Assembly: GCA_965224025.1 (NCBI GenBank)
Contig: OZ245033.1
Coordinates: forward strand, 3,296,001 to 3,360,000
Reading direction: 5' to 3'
Length of the DNA stretch: 64,000 nt
Source: Candidatus Multivorans sp.
Lineage (GTDB): Bacteria; Acidobacteriota; Thermoanaerobaculia; Multivoradales; Multivoraceae
Shown here: positions 50,476 through 60,828 of the stretch, piece by piece
Layout: each line of letters starts with the position of its first letter
Position numbering within the stretch: the first letter of the stretch is position 1
Translations under genes and position numbers: made by a program
The notes under the pieces: model-generated
What the model was told of the DNA's origin: nothing
The model's input: only the letters and a program-made list of their open reading frames with translations
The model's database searches: none

Positions 50476-50702
50476 GCCGGACTGCCTCTCCGGGCTGGAC
50501 CGGATCAAGACGACTGCGTAGGACATTGGGGTGACAATCTGGCCCAGACGCTGACTTGCTAGTCTCCCGGCCGCTCAAAGGAGGGACGGGGGCGGAGCGT
50601 GGAGAGCGAACCATGGAACCAGAGGTGCTCGCGGAGACGGCGCTTGCAAAGAGGAGCGGAGAGTCTTGACGATGAGTTGGTCGGAGCCTTCCGGTAGTTT
50701 CG

Positions 50703-51662
50703 ATGGACTTGGGTAGCGATCTCACTTCCCGGCCGGCAGGGGAAATCCTGAGATCGGAACGGGTGCTCGCGGTGCTGGATTTCACGGACCCGGCAACGGC
50801 CGAGACGCGGATCGGTGATTCTCGGCATGTAGTGACAGGTCTGCCGTCGCTGTTCCCTACCGGCGTGCGAGAGGTCTGGCGGAGTTCCACGCCGGTGAGC
50901 GTAGGTTGGAACGACGCCGTTGGCTGGGCGGCCGGGAAGTTCGGGCTCTTCGCTACAAAGACCGTTCATGCCCCGCTTGAGAGAGATGTCGCAGAAGTAA
51001 CGCGGCAAGCGTGGTTGGACCTTCTTGAGACGGCCGAGGCGAAGGGTTGTCCGCATCTCCTTCGCGCATGGAACCACGTACCTCACATCAACACCGGAGA
51101 CGGCGACGACGAACGGTACAAGCGCTTCTGCGTAGGCCGGTACCAAGCCTTCGAGACCCATGGCTACACAGAAGATCGCTACCCCGCCGCCACGGCGGTG
51201 GGGAACTTCGGCGACGCGTTGGTCGTCTACTTGCTCGCCTGTGCCGAACCGGGGAGTCACTTCGAGAATCCGCGCCAAGTAAGGGCACCTTCCTATCCCC
51301 GGCGCTACGGACCGCGGCCGCCATCGTTCGCAAGGGCAACACGCTGGGCGGACGAGAAGCTCGTCTTCGTTGCGGGCACCGCCAGCATAGTGGGGCATCG
51401 CACTTTTCATTCCGGTGACCTCGCAGGGCAACTGGCGGTCACGTTCGGCAACATCGATCGGCTCATGCGAACGATGCCCGCGCAGAACGGCGCGCGTCAC
51501 GGCCTCGATTACGTTCGAGTCTATCTACGCGAGCCGCAACACCTGGCGCTGGCGAGAAAGGCCGTCGAAGATCACATGCCCCTTGCGGTGGCGGCGTACG
51601 TGCACGGCGAAATCTGCCGGTCGGAACTCGAGGTAGAGATCGAAGGCGTTCGGCACGTGTAG
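50703..51662 (+). CDS. Chorismatase of the FkbO/Hyg5/XanB2 type
   Basis: ERYKRFCVGR, PAATAVG, ENPRQ..YPRRYGPRPPSFARAT, GTASIVGH, ICRSELEVEIEG. Confidence 0.88.
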   Translation: MDLGSDLTSRPAGEILRSERVLAVLDFTDPATAETRIGDSRHVVTGLPSLFPTGVREVWRSSTPVSVGWNDAVGWAAGKFGLFATKTVHAPLERDVAEVTRQAWLDLLETAEAKGCPHLLRAWNHVPHINTGDGDDERYKRFCVGRYQAFETHGYTEDRYPAATAVGNFGDALVVYLLACAEPGSHFENPRQVRAPSYPRRYGPRPPSFARATRWADEKLVFVAGTASIVGHRTFHSGDLAGQLAVTFGNIDRLMRTMPAQNGARHGLDYVRVYLREPQHLALARKAVEDHMPLAVAAYVHGEICRSELEVEIEGVRHV

Positions 51663-51700
51663 GTCAACTCGACTCATGGGAACTGGATCGCCCGGCGCGA

Positions 51701-52140
51701 TCAGCGGGAATCGCTACGCCGCGGCGGGACGTCGCGCGTTGGCGGTCGTGCTGCGAACAGAGACCTCTGAAGCTCTCCATTCAACGTGTGAACCCACTTG
51801 TTGTAGTTCCGGTGGATCTTCGCTTTGCCCTTGCGTTTCTTGTAGTCGAGGTTGTGGCTGTCTTTGTAGGTGATGGAGTAGGTGGCCTCGTCGAACGTGA
51901 TATCCACGAACGCCATGTGGGAACGCACCGAAGCCGTGCCTCGATGTGGCCCGCCGCGACTGCCTGAACGGCCCAACCCTGCCGACTCAGTACGCCGGAA
52001 ACCAGTCGTTGCTGAATCTGCTCCATGCTGAGGCCGGCAGGAACCGGTGCGTTCTCGATGTCGACGATTGGGGCCGCGGCATGGGCAGCCGAGCCACTGA
52101 AGAGCAGTGCCGCTGCAAGGAGGTATGGGATCAGTTTCAT
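51701..52140 (-). CDS. Small exported/lipoprotein-like protein, frameshifted near 51931
   Basis: Signal peptide in frame 51781..52164; C-half VRSHMAFVDI..YSITYKDSHNL..IHRNYNKW in frame 51701..52219; restored by one extra T (CTT TCG). Confidence 0.7.
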
Positions 52141-52211
52141 GAAGGCTCCTTTGGCCGAGTTCATGGGGTTGGCATTTGGAGGCTAGTGGACCGCTGCGTC
52201 GTGGGTGTTGC

Positions 52212-52682
52212 TTACCCAACTATCTCAGCGATTCGGTCGCGAAGGTAAGAGGGCATTCCAACGATCAGTTCTTCCGAGCCGGCATCAACGGGCACTTGCA
52301 CGGTAAACGCCTCGTTCGCGAGTTCTCCGTCGACCTTGCAAACCTCGTAGTAGATCTTCAGCCGGAATTCCCACTCCACGAGTTGCGCGGACACGGTGAC
52401 CGATTCCCCATACGAGATGCTCCTGCGGAAACGCACCCGGGTGTCGACGATGGGCCAGAGTTGGCCCTTGGCGCCGAGGAAGCGATAGCTGAAGCCAAGC
52501 TTGTCGAGTAGCGCTGAGCGTGCCGTTTCGTAGTACCGAAAGTAGTTCCCGTGCCAGACGACGCCGGTCGGGTCCGCGTCCTGAAAGGGCACATCGAGGG
52601 TAGCCTGCGCCCGCAGTGCCGGATGGTCCGGCCAGCGCTTTCTCCAGAGAGCGCGACGGCCTTGGGTGAGCCTCGAGTTCAT
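52212..52682 (-). CDS. Acyl-CoA/ACP thioesterase (4HBT hotdog fold; ApeK-like)
   Basis: VPFQDADPTGVVWHGNYFRYYETAR, VEWEFRLKIYY; ATG 52682 overlaps the GT2 stop. Confidence 0.9.
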   Translation of the reverse strand: MNSRLTQGRRALWRKRWPDHPALRAQATLDVPFQDADPTGVVWHGNYFRYYETARSALLDKLGFSYRFLGAKGQLWPIVDTRVRFRRSISYGESVTVSAQLVEWEFRLKIYYEVCKVDGELANEAFTVQVPVDAGSEELIVGMPSYLRDRIAEIVG

Positions 52683-53428
52683 GTCTCGTGGTGTTGACGG
52701 GTACGATGCCCGGGACTCAACAGCCGGACAAGCGCCTGCAGGATCAGGAGGGTGTGCATGCGACAGAACCTGAGATTGTCCGCGAACAGCCGGAAATGAG
52801 AGCGGCCGCCTTGCGGATAGACGACTCGTGTCGGTATGAACTCGAGTTCCAGACCGGCCCAGCAGGCCCTGACGAGCATCTCGACATCGAACTCCATGCG
52901 GACACGCTTTCCGAGAGTCGCAAAGAGAGGCAACACGGAAGCCAGTGGGTAGAGCCGAAGCCCGCACATCGCGTCCTCGACTTGGCCGCCGCCCGCCGCT
53001 AGCCGAGCCAACACGTTGGTGAGCTTCCGGCCGTGTAGACGAACCTTCGGCATGTCGTCTCCGAAGACCGGCCGGCCGGAGAGCACCCGCGATGGGTGGC
53101 GCTGCGACGCCAGCCTGAGCCGGGTTACGTCTGTTGGATCGTGCTGACCGTCGGCATCCACCGAGATGACGTGCGTGGCACCGTGGGCGTGCAGGTACGT
53201 CATGCCTGTGATCATCGCTGCACCCTTGCCACCGTTGCGGTCCCGCTGGAGCAATGACGCCCAAGGGTGACTCGCGATCAACTCGCGTAGCCGCCGCCGG
53301 GTTCTGGAATCGCTGCCGTCGTCGACAATTAGTGCCGGCAGGCCGGCCGTCGCGAGTTGGGGGAGGAACCCGGCGAGTTGGTCGACGTGGCGGTAGTGTG
53401 GAATCAGGAGATGGTAGCGCTCCGACAT
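52679..53428 (-). CDS. Glycosyltransferase family 2
   Basis: IVDDGS, NGGKGAA, VDADGQH, DAMCGLRLYPL, RMEFDVE; start ATG 53428. Confidence 0.9.
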   Translation of the reverse strand: MSERYHLLIPHYRHVDQLAGFLPQLATAGLPALIVDDGSDSRTRRRLRELIASHPWASLLQRDRNGGKGAAMITGMTYLHAHGATHVISVDADGQHDPTDVTRLRLASQRHPSRVLSGRPVFGDDMPKVRLHGRKLTNVLARLAAGGGQVEDAMCGLRLYPLASVLPLFATLGKRVRMEFDVEMLVRACWAGLELEFIPTRVVYPQGGRSHFRLFADNLRFCRMHTLLILQALVRLLSPGHRTRQHHET

Positions 53429-54021
53429 GCCTCCATGCCCGCGAAGTGGCGCCTCCGGTAGTGGATGCGGAACAGATACTCGCCGCCAAGCAGCAGACCG
53501 ATCAGCAGGTAGCTGATCATTCCGTTGTAGATCGCCCAGACGCCGGTCGATGCCGCAAGGGCCGTGTAGGTCGCGGCGCCGCCATTGAACAGGAAGAAGA
53601 CCACCCAGATCTGCGTAACGCGCCTGGTGTAGGAGGACTTGCGCAGGTCGAACTGCTCCTTGGGATTGGCAATTTGCGCGAGGCGCTCCGCTGCAGAGGG
53701 CGGGTGGATCAGGGTCCACGCGAACCAGGCAGCGCCCGCGGTATTGACGAGGGCAGGGTACAGCTTCACCCATTCCCAGCGAGCGTCCACCCAAGCCACC
53801 GTACAGAACAGGCCCAGCAGAATCAGTAGGAGCGCCCGGTGCTTCCGGTGGATCGAGCGCCCGACCGCGATTCGTGCAGCGCCCAGGATGCCGAGGCCGG
53901 TCACCATCAAGGCAGGCGATACGCGATCCAGCAGCACGTAGACCAGAAAAGGATAGGCAAGGAGCGCCAGCGCGGTGACGGCGTTCACTGCTGTTGTGCG
54001 GAGGGGCGTAGCCAAGCTCAA
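53404..54021 (-). CDS. COG4648-like membrane protein of aryl-polyene clusters
   Basis: Multi-TM; LYPALVN, AERLA, YTRRVTQIW, WAIYNGMISY..GEYLFR. Confidence 0.8.
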   Translation of the reverse strand: MSLATPLRTTAVNAVTALALLAYPFLVYVLLDRVSPALMVTGLGILGAARIAVGRSIHRKHRALLLILLGLFCTVAWVDARWEWVKLYPALVNTAGAAWFAWTLIHPPSAAERLAQIANPKEQFDLRKSSYTRRVTQIWVVFFLFNGGAATYTALAASTGVWAIYNGMISYLLIGLLLGGEYLFRIHYRRRHFAGMEACRSATIS

Positions 54022-54359
54022 GACCTCACCAATGTGCGGGTTCTCCGAACAGTCCCGCCAGCGCGCGTTCGATGACGACGGAGAACGTCTTACCCATCGT
54101 GGCCGCCGGATTCCCCGTAAGCGAAAGTCGCTCCCGTGGTCGGATCCTGGACTTTGATCGGTAAAGCGCGCACTGGTGGGCGATAGAGGCAGAGCGCACG
54201 GGATGACCGAGTTCGGTGCGTTCTCGGGAGCAACGTTGTTACCGGGAACGGCACTAGAATACAGGCGGTCATGGCCCCACGTCTAGGAGAGCGGTTCTTT
54301 GGGCCGTGGCAACTCGAAGAGCGCCCCCCAGCCCGCCGCGTCACGTTGGAGGCCGTCTT

Positions 54360-55517
54360 GTGACCGTGTACGTGAAGGCCTACACCCTGACTTCGGCGTT
54401 GGGAGCGGGTGTCGGTGCGCTGAGGACCTCTCTGCGAGCGAACCGAACGGGTCTCGACGACCGGGAGTGGCGAGGCAGCGACGTTCCGTGTTTTCTCGGC
54501 CGGGTCGATCTGCCCGAGTGGGTCGAAGTGGCGGCGGATCGATGGAGCCGCAACACGCGCCTCGTCGAGTTCGGATTGCAGCAGGACGGTTTCGTCGATG
54601 CCGTCGCCGAAGTGCGGGAGCAGGTGGAGCACGCCCGCCTGGGGCTTGTTCTGGGCACGAGCACCTCGGCCATCGACCGAACCGAGGAGGCGTATCGGCA
54701 ACTCGAAGACGACAGCAGGTTCCCCCCCGGGTACCGCCAGCCCGAGGTGCACAATCCTCATGCTCCGACCGCCTTCGCGGTCGAGCGGTTGGGAATCGAG
54801 GGCCCGAGGATCACAGTCAGCGCCGCCTGCGCCTCCAGCGCCAAGGTGTTCGCCACCGCGAAGCGCTGGCTGGAGCAGGATCTTGTCGATGCCGTCGTGG
54901 TTGGAGGTGCCGACAGCCTCTGCCTTAGTGTGATCCACGGGTTTCATTCGCTGCAGCTCGTTTCGCCTGAGCCCTGCCGGCCCTTCTCAGCAGATCGGAT
55001 GGGCATCAGTCTCGGCGAAGCCGCGGGGTTCGTCCTGCTATCCCGGGAAGCGGCGCCGGGAGACCTTCGTCTCCTCGGCGTGGGCGAGAGCTGCGATGCG
55101 TACCACATGTCCAGCAGTCATCCTGAAGGCCTGGGCGCACGGCTCGCGATGGAGCGGGCGCTGGCTGACGCCGGAATCTCCATGAGCGAAGTCGACTACC
55201 TGAATCTCCACGGCACCGGCACCGAGGGCAACGACGAGGTCGAAGGAAAGGTGTGCGCGGCGATGATGGAGGGCGACGTTCTGGCCAGTGCCACGAAGGG
55301 TTGGACGGGGCACGCGCTCGGGGCAAGCGGCATCGTGGAGGCGGTGCTATGCCTCGAGGTACTCGCCACCGGCTTCGTGCCGGGCACCAGGAACACGACG
55401 ACTCCCGATGCGCCGTTCGACTTGCTGCTCGAGAGCGTGATGCGCCCCATCGATGTCGCTCTCACGAACTCCTTCGGGTTTGGCGGTGCCAACTGTTCGG
55501 TGGCGTTCGGCCGGTGA
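54360..55517 (+). CDS. Beta-ketoacyl-ACP synthase (aryl-polyene KS)
   Basis: SAACASSAK (Cys), LHGTGT, TKGWTGHALGA, NSFGFGG. Confidence 0.92.
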   Translation: MTVYVKAYTLTSALGAGVGALRTSLRANRTGLDDREWRGSDVPCFLGRVDLPEWVEVAADRWSRNTRLVEFGLQQDGFVDAVAEVREQVEHARLGLVLGTSTSAIDRTEEAYRQLEDDSRFPPGYRQPEVHNPHAPTAFAVERLGIEGPRITVSAACASSAKVFATAKRWLEQDLVDAVVVGGADSLCLSVIHGFHSLQLVSPEPCRPFSADRMGISLGEAAGFVLLSREAAPGDLRLLGVGESCDAYHMSSSHPEGLGARLAMERALADAGISMSEVDYLNLHGTGTEGNDEVEGKVCAAMMEGDVLASATKGWTGHALGASGIVEAVLCLEVLATGFVPGTRNTTTPDAPFDLLLESVMRPIDVALTNSFGFGGANCSVAFGR

Positions 55518-56362
55518 CTCGGCCGGCGCTTGGACTGGCGATTACCGGCGTCGGCCTCTGGACGCGGGGGCTGACCAGCTTCGCCGGGTTCAGCGCGGCA
55601 AGAGAATCCGGCTTCGTCGACCTGGACGCCAGCGAGTTCAAGGCGCCAAGACCCGCGTCGCTGCCGGCGCGGGAGCGGCGCAGAGCGGGGTTGATGATCA
55701 GCCTGGGCGTCGAGGTCGCGCACCAGGCCTGCGAGGTTGCCGGCGTCCCGAAGGACGCCGTGCCCTCGGTCTTCGCGTCCGCACTTGGCGACACGGCGGT
55801 CACGGAGTACATGTGCCGACGGCTGGCGCAGCCTACGAAGGTGCTGTCGCCGACCAGGTTCCACAACTCGGTTCACAACGCGGCATCGGGCTACTGGACG
55901 ATCAGCGCCCGCAATCGCTCACCGAGCACGTTCGTCGGCGCCTTCCTGGAGAGCTTCGGGGCCGGATTGCTGGAGGCGGCCAGTCAGTCGGTCGCCACTC
56001 GCGGCCCCGTGCTCTTCGTGGCCTGCGACATCGCGACCAAGCCGCCGCTTACGGCGGTCGCGGACATTCGGCAGACGCTCGGGGCAGCCTTCGTTGTGGA
56101 ACCGGCCGAGGGCGTGGCGCGGGACCGCCCCTGTCTGCGGGCAGAGATCCGGTTCAGGACGGGCGCACCCCGGACGACCCCTTTTCCCGCCGGCCTGGAA
56201 CGGCTCGGACGAGCGAATCCGATGGGATGCGCGCTGACCCTCGCGGATCGGCTTGCGGCCTCGGAAGGTGACCCGTCGCGGCAAGGGTCGCTTTGCTTCG
56301 CAGCCGGTCCACGTTGCGGAGTCGAACTGCTCCTGGAGGGGGGGCGTGGCTGGCATGGCTGA
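55514..56362 (+). CDS. Ketosynthase chain-length factor
   Basis: ERRRA, VFASALGD, LSPTRFHNSVHNAASGYW; GTGA overlap with the KS. Confidence 0.88.
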   Translation: MTRPALGLAITGVGLWTRGLTSFAGFSAARESGFVDLDASEFKAPRPASLPARERRRAGLMISLGVEVAHQACEVAGVPKDAVPSVFASALGDTAVTEYMCRRLAQPTKVLSPTRFHNSVHNAASGYWTISARNRSPSTFVGAFLESFGAGLLEAASQSVATRGPVLFVACDIATKPPLTAVADIRQTLGAAFVVEPAEGVARDRPCLRAEIRFRTGAPRTTPFPAGLERLGRANPMGCALTLADRLAASEGDPSRQGSLCFAAGPRCGVELLLEGGRGWHG

Positions 56363-57917
56363 TTTCGTGCAACGCCGCGACGTATGTATCGTGGGCGGAG
56401 GGTTCGCGGGCCTGACCCTCGCCCTCCATCTCCGCCGACGACTGCCCGATCTCGACATCGCTGTGGTCGAACGCAGGCGCTTTCCAGTGCCGGAGGCGGC
56501 GCACAAGGTTGGCGAATCCACGGTCGAGATTGCCTCTCACTACCTGGCCAACGGGCTTGGTCTGAAGGAGAATCTGGAGCGGGAGCAGCTTCGCAAGTTC
56601 GGCTTGCGCCTGTTCTGCCGCGGCGAGACCCCCATCGACCGCGACCTGGCCGCCTACGACGAGATTGGGCCCAGCGCGGCGCTCCCGATCCCCACCTATC
56701 AACTTGACCGGGGCCGCTTCGAGAATCACCTGGCCCGGACCTGGAAGGAGGTCGGAGAGCTCAGCGATGGAACAGCCGTACGGTCGATTGAGATCGAACG
56801 CGGGGCGCACCGGGTCGTGCTGCGGGATTCGGCGGAGGGCAAGGAGAAGACGCTTCGCTGCAGGTACCTGATCGACGCCAGCGGTCGCCGCGGTTTCCTG
56901 CGGCGATTGCGCGGTACCGCCCGTTCGGCTCGTCACCTGCAGCACGCCGTCTGGTTCCGGCTCCGAGGGCCGGTCGATGTCGAATCCCTGAGCGCGGACA
57001 GCGACTGGCTGTCCCGGTGTTCCGGGGAACTGCCGCGGCGCGCCAGCACGATCCACTTCACCGGCCCGGGCTACTGGCTCTGGCTGATTCCGCTCGCGTC
57101 CGGCACGACCAGCGTAGGTCTGGTGTCCGATCCCGCGCGAGTCGCCCTCGAGGACGTCCGCAGTCGTGCCGACCTGATCCGCTGGCTGGAGCGCGAACAC
57201 CCGCTGGTGGCGGCGGAACTCGCCGAACGGGGGGCCCTGGACCACTCCTTCCTGAGCAACTACGCGGTCGGCAACTCCGACGTGTTCTCGGAAGATGGTT
57301 GGGCGGCGACCGGCGATGCGAGCCTGTTCGCTGATCCGCTCTATTCTCCCGGCGGCGACTTCATCGCTCTGGCCAACACCTACGCCGTTGAACTGATCGC
57401 GCGCGGATTTCCACCCGAATGGGTGGAGAACTACCAGCGCAACTATCAGGCGTTCTTCGCCAATACGATGCTCCTCTACCGCGGGCAGTACCCGGGCTTC
57501 GGAGATCGGACCCTGATCGTCGCGAAGACCATGTGGGACTACGCGTTCTACTGGTCGATCCCTGCGAAGCTGTTCTTCTCGGGCAGGATCACCGATCTGG
57601 AATTCATGCGGCGCAACGAGAATCTGCTCCAGCGGGCAGCGGCCCTGCACTGCGGCGTGCAGAAGCTGTTTCGCGTCCGCGCGGCGAAGGCCGGCCGTGT
57701 CGGCGGCGAGGGCCGCTTCTTCGACCACCACTCGGTGCCTCTGTTCCACGAGCTGCAGGCCGACCTCCTGGAAGGCGACCCGGATGAGGCCGAGACACGG
57801 TTGACGGAAAGCGTCGACCGGCTGCAAGCGGCGGCCACGGGTATCAGCGGCATCCTGGCGGATGACGCGGACAGCCTGACGCGACGGTCGCTCGGTCAGA
57901 TTCCGGGCTTCGGATAG
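56355..57917 (+). CDS. Flavin-dependent halogenase
   Basis: GGGFAG, HKVGEST (catalytic Lys context), WLWLIP (WxWxIP), GDA..FADPLYSPG. Confidence 0.88.
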   Translation: MADFVQRRDVCIVGGGFAGLTLALHLRRRLPDLDIAVVERRRFPVPEAAHKVGESTVEIASHYLANGLGLKENLEREQLRKFGLRLFCRGETPIDRDLAAYDEIGPSAALPIPTYQLDRGRFENHLARTWKEVGELSDGTAVRSIEIERGAHRVVLRDSAEGKEKTLRCRYLIDASGRRGFLRRLRGTARSARHLQHAVWFRLRGPVDVESLSADSDWLSRCSGELPRRASTIHFTGPGYWLWLIPLASGTTSVGLVSDPARVALEDVRSRADLIRWLEREHPLVAAELAERGALDHSFLSNYAVGNSDVFSEDGWAATGDASLFADPLYSPGGDFIALANTYAVELIARGFPPEWVENYQRNYQAFFANTMLLYRGQYPGFGDRTLIVAKTMWDYAFYWSIPAKLFFSGRITDLEFMRRNENLLQRAAALHCGVQKLFRVRAAKAGRVGGEGRFFDHHSVPLFHELQADLLEGDPDEAETRLTESVDRLQAAATGISGILADDADSLTRRSLGQIPGFG

Positions 57918-60127
57918 CGGCCGAAGCGCGTCAGCAGGTACGCTGCGGCCACTCCGGTCGCGACCGTCTGGCCGATTCCGGCGAGAACCGGAATGCTGGA
58001 GAAGGCCAGGAGCGCGAACACGACGAAGCTCGAAAGCGCGCAGATCAGCACGGCGGCTTCGGTATCGCCGGCGTCCGCAGCGTCAGCCGGCGTTCGGCTG
58101 TGAAACAGGCCGTAGTCCAGACCGAGCCCCGCCACCAGCGCCAGCGCCATCAGGTCGAAGGGCGAGAGACCACCCCGCAGCCATGTCCCGAGACATGCCG
58201 CGGCCGCAAGTGCGGCGGCGACGTTCCCGAGCAGCCAGACCGAACGGCGGAAGTCTCGGGTCAGCAGCCAGAGCGCTACGCCGGCGGCCAAGAGCGCGGC
58301 CGCGAGAAGGACCGTGATCCTGCGCCGGAGGTCCGACACCAGCGTGCTGGAAGCCTCGACGAGGTCGACGAGGTGAACTCCGCTCAGGCCGTCGAGCCGC
58401 TCAGCCACTGCGCCGGGGTCAGTGATGCCGCTCAGGTACGTGAGACTGGTCCAATCCGCGGTCGGCTCCAAGAGGTGAAGGTCTGTCAGCGAGGCGAGTT
58501 CCGGGTTGTCCAGCAGATCGTCGACCGCGAGCCAGTCCGCACTTCGTTCGATGGCTACGGCATCGTCGTGGAAGGGCTGAAAAGCGTCTCCGGTGAAGGA
58601 CAGGTCAGCCGCGGCGCGCGCGAAGGCGCCACCGTAGACGCCGCCGTCGGCAAGGAACCGACGCACATCGTCCAGCCGCTCGCGCTGGCGCGATCGGCTG
58701 GGGAGCAGCGGCGAGATGCTCCGGTGGGCTTCGAGTTCGCCGGCCAGTACCGCATCGTCCAGACGCGCGGCGACGGCTTCCGTGAGCCGAAGGGCGTCCT
58801 CGAGATCCGCGGCGCGGCTCGCCGCCACGTGGCGCATGTCGTTCGCCCCCACTTGCCGCCGAACTGCCGCGTCAGCCGCTAGCGTTTCCCTGGGCACGGG
58901 CGTCAGCGCGTCGAGGTCGTCCAGGAAGGGGCCGCGTGCGGTCAGCGGGAACGCTGCGGCCGCGGCCACGACGACCCAGGGCCAGTGGCGCAGTGCCGAG
59001 TTGCCGGCGGGCGCCGGCTTCGCCGCCGTCGCCGGTGGCGCCGCGGTCGCGGTGCCGGCTGTCAACCAGGCGGTTGCCAGCGCGGCTGCGACGATGCCCG
59101 AAAGAGCGAACACGCCAAGCTGCTGGAGACCCGGGGCGCCGCCCACGAGGAACACGGAATAGGCGATCAACGTGCTGCCCACCCCGAGGCGAAGGGTTGC
59201 CCAGACGGCGCCCGGGTTCGACCGGTGGCTGAGCGCATGCAGGGGATAGTCCACCGCGACGCCCAGCAGAGTAAAGCCGAAGGCGAGCGCGATGCCGTGA
59301 ACCTCTTCGTAGAGGAGCGACGCGACCCCGAGCCCCGCTGCTGCGCCCGCGAGCATGGGCGCTCCGGCGGCGACGACAGCGGCGGGCGCCCGGAAGTGCC
59401 GGAACAGAAGAAGGGCCAGCGCAACTACGGCCAGCGCACTGAACAGCTTCGCCTCCCGTTGCGTTCTGGCCTGCAGATCGACGCTGTAGACGCCGCTGCC
59501 GTAGAGCCGGGCGTAGTCGAAACCGTGTCCGCCCAAGGTCCGCCTCACATCCGCGAGCAACTCGGCGTGCGCGCCGATGTCGAACATGGCGGCTGCCGGG
59601 AGAATCAAGAGGTACCGGCTGGCGCCGTCTCCGAACAGGTGCTGTGCGGAGGCCATCCGTTCGAGCGCGGAGACGCTCGCCAGCAACGGGTCGGCGGCGA
59701 TGAGTTCCAACGCCGCGTCCGAGTCGGCCAGCGTGGAGTCCGCGAGCCGGGTTTCCAGGACCTCGCGCCAACCGTCTTCTCCCGCGGGGAGGTCGTGGAG
59801 CAGAAGGCGTTTGCGCCAGATCGGGAGGGGGATCGAATCCGGTTCGAGTACTTCCGCCTCTGGAAGAACGCGGCGTACCCGCGGCAGCGCCCGCAGGTTG
59901 GCCGCGACGGCTTCGGCCGCCGCCTCTGACGCCTCCGGCAGAACCACGTAGACCGCGTCGGCACCGGAGACTCGCCCCAGGCGTTCCACGAGCAAGCGCT
60001 GGGCGGGAGTGGTGGGCCTGGGCAGGAAGGAGGCGAGGTCGTAAGCGATCGAAAGGTCAAGCGTAGCCGCGCCGGCGACGATCGCGGCGAGGATCAGGAG
60101 GACGGCCGTGCGTCGGGCGAGAGTCAA
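57896..60127 (-). CDS. MMPL-family exporter
   Basis: Two TM bundles; FGFTLLGVAVDYPLH, GLGLDYGLF. Confidence 0.88.
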   Translation of the reverse strand: MTLARRTAVLLILAAIVAGAATLDLSIAYDLASFLPRPTTPAQRLLVERLGRVSGADAVYVVLPEASEAAAEAVAANLRALPRVRRVLPEAEVLEPDSIPLPIWRKRLLLHDLPAGEDGWREVLETRLADSTLADSDAALELIAADPLLASVSALERMASAQHLFGDGASRYLLILPAAAMFDIGAHAELLADVRRTLGGHGFDYARLYGSGVYSVDLQARTQREAKLFSALAVVALALLLFRHFRAPAAVVAAGAPMLAGAAAGLGVASLLYEEVHGIALAFGFTLLGVAVDYPLHALSHRSNPGAVWATLRLGVGSTLIAYSVFLVGGAPGLQQLGVFALSGIVAAALATAWLTAGTATAAPPATAAKPAPAGNSALRHWPWVVVAAAAAFPLTARGPFLDDLDALTPVPRETLAADAAVRRQVGANDMRHVAASRAADLEDALRLTEAVAARLDDAVLAGELEAHRSISPLLPSRSRQRERLDDVRRFLADGGVYGGAFARAAADLSFTGDAFQPFHDDAVAIERSADWLAVDDLLDNPELASLTDLHLLEPTADWTSLTYLSGITDPGAVAERLDGLSGVHLVDLVEASSTLVSDLRRRITVLLAAALLAAGVALWLLTRDFRRSVWLLGNVAAALAAAACLGTWLRGGLSPFDLMALALVAGLGLDYGLFHSRTPADAADAGDTEAAVLICALSSFVVFALLAFSSIPVLAGIGQTVATGVAAAYLLTRFGRYPKPGI

Positions 60128-60129
60128 GA

Positions 60130-60828
60130 TCAGTTGACGCTCTCGTCGCCTCGGGATGGGAAGAGAAGCCGGATCTCCCGCCAGTTCCGGGCCCCGCGGC
60201 TCAGGTGCAGGAAGGCGAGGCGCCGGCCCGCGCCGCGAAGACGCACGGAGACGAGTTCACTGCGCAACCTGGGGTCCCGCGGAACCAGCTCGATCTCCCA
60301 GTCATCGCCTTCGGCGGAGTCGTCGAGCGAGATCGACGTGGAGTCGAACCTCTGCCGGAGTTCCGAGACGTCGCCGGACAGCACGTCGAGGATGATCGCC
60401 AGCACCAGGTGAGCGCCCCGCTCGCGGTTCAGCTTACGGCGCCGCTCGGTGCCCTTGTCGAGCGCAGCGTCCCGCTCCTTCGGACCGGTTCGTCGCCGGT
60501 GCGGCCGCCGCAGGACCAGCCGGTCGCCCTCGATCCTGCGTTCCTCGAGGCGCGGGGCATGCACGCGCATGACCGCGACGCCGTCGCTCGTCAACCAGAG
60601 TTCGCCGCGCTGTTCAACGGGCGCGCGCAGCAGTCGATTCAAGTGTCGCTCAACGAAGGCGACGCGTTGCTCCCGCGGGAACGTCAGGCCCGCGAGCCGC
60701 TCCCAGGCAGCGTCGTCGGCGGCGACTGGGGCTGCGGCCAGGAGGGCAAGAACGGCGGCGACCACCTGCCCGAAGCGGGCCGCGTCAGCCCGCCCTGCCG
60801 CTGCCGGGCCGTTGCGCCTCGGTTGCAT
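60130..60828 (-). CDS. LolA-like lipid/lipoprotein carrier
   Basis: Signal peptide, FVERHL..LLRAP..RGEL, WEIELVP; lies between the acyltransferase and MMPL. Confidence 0.7.
   Translation of the reverse strand: MQPRRNGPAAAGRADAARFGQVVAAVLALLAAAPVAADDAAWERLAGLTFPREQRVAFVERHLNRLLRAPVEQRGELWLTSDGVAVMRVHAPRLEERRIEGDRLVLRRPHRRRTGPKERDAALDKGTERRRKLNRERGAHLVLAIILDVLSGDVSELRQRFDSTSISLDDSAEGDDWEIELVPRDPRLRSELVSVRLRGAGRRLAFLHLSRGARNWREIRLLFPSRGDESVN

Noticed and set aside
48517-50526. Long antisense or alternate-frame ORFs (also 31876..33555, 15732..17390, 60449..62323, 3756..5162)
   Set aside because: Shadow ORFs of high-GC genes; Arg/Pro/Ala-rich, with no motifs
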